From the human T2T-CHM13v2.0 reference genome, Homo sapiens, in NCBI RefSeq assembly GCF_009914755.1, contig NC_060943.1: DNA of 64,000 nucleotides, one strand, 5' to 3'. Below, piece after piece: positions 48,501-64,000 of the stretch. The notes beneath the pieces were generated by a model. That model saw nothing but the letters and a program-made list of their open reading frames with translations. It was not told the origin of the DNA and searched no databases. Position numbers and translations under genes: made by a program. Positions within the stretch are counted from its first letter, which is position 1; each line of letters starts with the position of its first letter.

Positions 48501-49055
48501 GTGCAGTGGTTCATGCCCGTAATCCCAGCACTTTGAGAAGCCAAGGCAGGAGGATCACTTGAAGTCAGGAGTTTAAGACAAGCCTGGCCAATATGGTGAA
48601 ACCCCATCTCTACCAAAAAATACAAAAATTAGCCAGGCATGGTGGGACACACCTGTAGCCCCAGCTACTCGGAAGGCTGAGGTGAGATAATTACTTGAAT
48701 CCAGGAGGGGGAGGTTGCAGTGAGCCAAGATTGCACCACTGCACTCCAGCTTGGGCAACAGAGTAAGACCCTATCTCAAAAATAATAACAATAATAATAA
48801 AATAAAATTAATTAATTAAAAGATAATTTTAAGAAAACATAGAAATGAAGGATATACAGGATCCAGATAAAAATGGGGAGAAGAAATTTCCACTTTTGAC
48901 CATGAAAGCAAAACAGTGTCTGGAGTTACCTCCACAAAAACACTACAAAACTGTACAAATAGGCCAGGCGCCGTGGCTCACGCCTGTAATCCTAGCACTT
49001 TAGGAGGCCGAGGCGGGCGGACCACGAGGTCAGGAGATCAAGACCATCCTGGCTA

Positions 49056-49373
<318 letters not shown>

Positions 49374-50835
49374 CTAATTTCCAAACTTTGGCACAGGAGG
49401 AAGAATACAAACAGAGCCTGGCAGTCTCAGCACTTGAGGAGGCAAAAGTCAGTTCAGGAAGGCTTAGGTGACTAGAATTAGCTGGGCTAAGTACTCAACA
49501 GAAGGGAGCCACAGAGAAAGAGCTCTAGGAATCTGGATAAAGTACCTTCGAGCCATTAGCTAAATATCAACCTGCACATGTATAGTATGAAACCTCATAA
49601 GAACAGGCAAAGAATAAATTCCAAGGAAAGAAAAGTACTGGGGAACTACAGGTAAAACAATTCCTAGAACTTGGAGAAGAACAAGAATTACTCAAGTTTC
49701 CATCAGCCAGTGTGGAGAGACTTTACTGAATACTTGGAACATTTAAAGTGGCATAAACTAGCTCTAGTTCTAGTAGTAGGACTACTTTAGACCTGAAAAA
49801 AAAAAATTCTTAAAAGCAACCCTTAAACAGCCAAAACTGATCTTCAAGTAACTTAACTGCCTGTCACAACAAAGGCCAACATTCCTTAAGATAATACAGA
49901 CAAACCTAGCACTGAACAACAAAAAATTCATAATGTCAACCATCTAGTCAAAAATTACTAGACATGCAAAAAAGCAGGAAAAGTGACCCATAATCAGACA
50001 ACAAAAACAGAAATGATAGACTAATGGAATTAACACACCATAACACTAAAATAGCTGTTACAAATATGCTTAATATGGTCAAGGACTTAAAAGGAAAACA
50101 TGAACAGAATGAGGAATATAAGATAGCTAGATAGCTAGCTAGCTAGACAGACAGATAGATATTTTCTCTTTTGAGACAGAGTCTCACTCTGTTGCCCACA
50201 CTGATCTCAGCTCACTGCAGCCTCTGCCTCCAAGTTTCAAGCAATTCTCCTTCCTCAGCCTCCCAAGTAGCTGGAATTACAGGTGTGCACCACCACAACT
50301 GGCTATTTTTTTTTTTTTTTTTTTTTTTTTTAGTAGAGACAGGGTTTTGCCATGTTGGCCAGGCTGGTCTCGAACTCCTGATCTCATGTGATCCAGCTAC
50401 CATGGCCTCCCAAAGTGCTGGGATTACAGGCATGAGCCTCCATGCCTAGCCATGATATATTTTAAACATCAAATAGAACTTCTAGAGATGATACAACACC
50501 TGAAATGAAAATTTCACTGAAGATTACTGGCAGATTTTAATAAATCAGTGAACTTAAAGATATAGCAATAGAAACAATCCAAAATGAAGCACAAAGAAAA
50601 AAAAAAGACTGAAAACAATTACCAGAGCATTAGTGACTGTGAGACAATATCAAATGGCCTAAAATGTGTAACTGGAGGTCCAAAATAAAGGGAGGATGGG
50701 AAAATGAAACCAGGCCAATTTTCCAACAAGCCAGATGCCCATAGAACTGAAGCTTGAGAAACTTACATTTGTACAATGAGATGAACCTGCTGTATGTTGA
50801 CCAAGTACTCTTCTTTACTCCTCCCTAATTCCTTC

Positions 50836-51002
50836 ATATATGTGTGTGTGTATATATATATATTTGTATATACATATAAATACATATACATATACATATG
50901 TGTATATGTGTATATGTATATACATATACTTATACATATATGTGTATATGTGTATATGTATATACATATACATATACGATATATACATATACATATATAT
51001 AT
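50836..51002. repeat. Compound (TA)/(TG)/(TACATA) microsatellite
   Basis: About 165 nt of near-perfect purine-pyrimidine alternation. Confidence 0.9.
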
Positions 51003-55457
<4,455 letters not shown>

Positions 55458-55508
55458 TTAAAAATAATAATAATAGGCTGGGCACGGGGGTTCACACCTG
55501 TAATCTCA

Positions 55509-55808
<300 letters not shown>

Positions 55809-56379
55809 CTAGAACAGTTGTCCTTAAAAGCAAGCTTTACGGAAGGGAGAGAACTGAGTTTTGGCCAGCTGGCCACTTCCAACATCCATAAAGCCCCTTG
55901 AGCCCCAGGCGGACTCCTCTTCCCATATGGGTGCAACCCTCCATGGTGCCCCTACACCGTCATCCCAAGCAACTTCTAGGCTCATGCCCTGTGGGGAGTG
56001 CTCAGGATCCCCCAGAAATGCCCATTCCCCTCACATTACCTCCTTCCCTGGAACTATAACCTCCAGAAAAGGAAAATAAGGAGCTGGTGTCCCATTTCTG
56101 CAAAAAGCAGAAAATAACTGCCCTAACAGACCAGTGATGGGGCTAGACCCGGGTTTCTGCCACTCGGGCACTTGACACTGATGGCTTTCCCCAAAGGCAG
56201 GGACTGATGGCCGAATCCTGTCAAGGAATTGGCTCAAACTCGGACTGGATGAGTGAGGAGAGCCGAAGACAGTTTCCTCTGTCCTACGTGGGGGGTAAAG
56301 GAGGGACCCCTTTGATCCCTCAGCTCCACAGAGCCCAGGGCAACCAGGAGGCTCCCAGCCAGTCACCTGTCACCCGTCA

Positions 56380-56840
56380 GTGGAGCCCAGTGGGCCCGGG
56401 CCTCGAAAATGGCGCCCAGCCCCACACACCCCAGATGTGGGAACATTTTAGGGCTCCCTGGGCCGTGACCCTCACCCTAGCCCCAAGGCTTCTGCCAGGT
56501 TCTTCAGTCCAGCCAGTCGGACAAAAATGAGGGTGAAGAAGCCCCAGCTGAGAAGCCTAGCAATCTCCTCAGGCCCCTTCAGGCGTCGACAGATCGGTTT
56601 GGGCGACACCCCTCGATCTGCCTGGCGCGCGGCCTTTCCCGCCGATTCTCTGCGCATGCGCCGCCGCGCCCCCTCACTCTTTCCCTACAGCTGTAGCAAA
56701 CACTGTAACCACTTCGCCCTCCCCAACTCCCTGCTCTCTCCCCACACGCACGCACGTGTGCACATCCTCTGACTGCTCACGCGCCACTCCCTTCCCCACC
56801 GCACCCCACCCCGACACCCACGATGCCACGCTTCAGGCGG
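56380..56840 (-). promoter_or_regulatory. CpG-rich promoter of SLC6A16 with NRF1 (56651-56661), E2F (56635-56642), E-box (56753-56758) and YY1-like (56406-56414) motifs
   Basis: Dense CpGs; TGCGCATGCGC, TTTCCCGC, CACGTG and AAAATGGCG are read directly from the sequence. Confidence 0.8.
56476..56650 (-). other. SLC6A16: SLC6A16 exon 1 (5' UTR); start approximate
   Basis: CpG-rich unique sequence ending in the donor TAGG|GTGAGG (GT at 56475-56474); the only clearly CpG-island-like region upstream of exon 2. Confidence 0.75.
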
Positions 56841-57099
56841 GGCTCTAAGACAAGGCCTTTCTCTGGCACATGCACTTTGCTTCCACTTCATGTAAGGAAG
56901 AAGAGGGTAGGAAGTGGGAGAATCGTCTCATTCATTCCTTCTAGTCTTCAAACCTTTCGCATTTACTTAAAGATCGCCTACTAGAAACCAAACCTTAAAT
57001 ATGCGTCCAACAAGGCAGACAGGGATGTTGCCTTAAGAGAGCTCAGAAGCCTACTAGGGCTGCAGACGAGAATTAAAAACTCAAAGATTTACTTAGGTC

Positions 57100-57902
<803 letters not shown>

Positions 57903-57984
57903 AAGGCTTAAATTGTTATGATTGAACAAAGAGATGAAGAGGAAATTTTGGGGGTGCTGTAAGAATTCATCACAATCTTTGGGA

Positions 57985-61990
<4,006 letters not shown>

Positions 61991-62168
61991 AGGAGGAGGG
62001 GATCAGGTGAATTCAATGGGTAGAATTGCTGTTCTCAAACGTTAGTGCACATCAGTCACCAGGAAGGCTTGTTAAAACACAGACTGCCAGGCCAGGTGCA
62101 GTGGCTTGCCTGTAATCCCAGGACTTTGGGAGGCCAAGGTGGGCAGATCACCTGAGGTCAGGAGTTCA

Positions 62169-63700
<1,532 letters not shown>

Positions 63701-64000
63701 TCAGCCGGGTGCGGTGGCTCACGCCTGTAATCCCAGAACTTTGGGAAGCTGAAGTGGGTGGATCACGAGGTCAGGAATTCAAGACCAGCCTGGCCAAGAT
63801 GGTGAAACCCCATCTCTACTAAAAATACTAAAATCAGCTGGGTGTGCTGGCAGGCGCCTGCCTGTAATCACATTTACTCGGGAGGCTGAGGCAGAGAATT
63901 GCTTGAACCTGGGAGGCGGAGGTTGCAGTGAGCCGAGATCACACCACAGCACTCCAGCCTGGGTGACAGAGCGAGGCTCTGTCTCAAAAACAAAAACAAA

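Overview
Primate genomic DNA, almost certainly human 19q13.33, saturated with Alu, L1 and LTR elements. The only protein-coding gene is SLC6A16 (orphan transporter NTT5) on the minus strand. I reconstructed it by hand as a non-coding exon 1 in a CpG-rich promoter (about 56476-56650) plus 11 coding exons (ATG at 42778, stop at 21529-21531). All junctions are GT-AG and phase-consistent, giving 2211 nt or 736 aa. The window also holds a SUMO1 processed pseudogene with a 17-bp TSD, a decayed ERVL provirus with nested THE1 and Alu insertions, a full-length THE1A abutting the SLC6A16 3' end, the MIR4324 hairpin at the start of intron 7, a BC200-like retrocopy, and several local duplications and inversions. 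Nearly all other ORFs in the track are Alu, L1 or LTR artefacts. I see no wholly new biological system. The best leads are: a remodelled substrate/Na1 site in NTT5; an unbroken in-frame 82-codon N-terminal extension across the spliced 5' UTR; miR-4324 sharing 15 nt with miR-125b; THE1 LTRs offering a candidate alternative promoter and a poly(A) signal; a near-perfect CTCF site inside an intronic L1; and a 1.9-kb inverted-repeat structure. Repeat subfamily names and reference sequences are recalled from memory, not searched.
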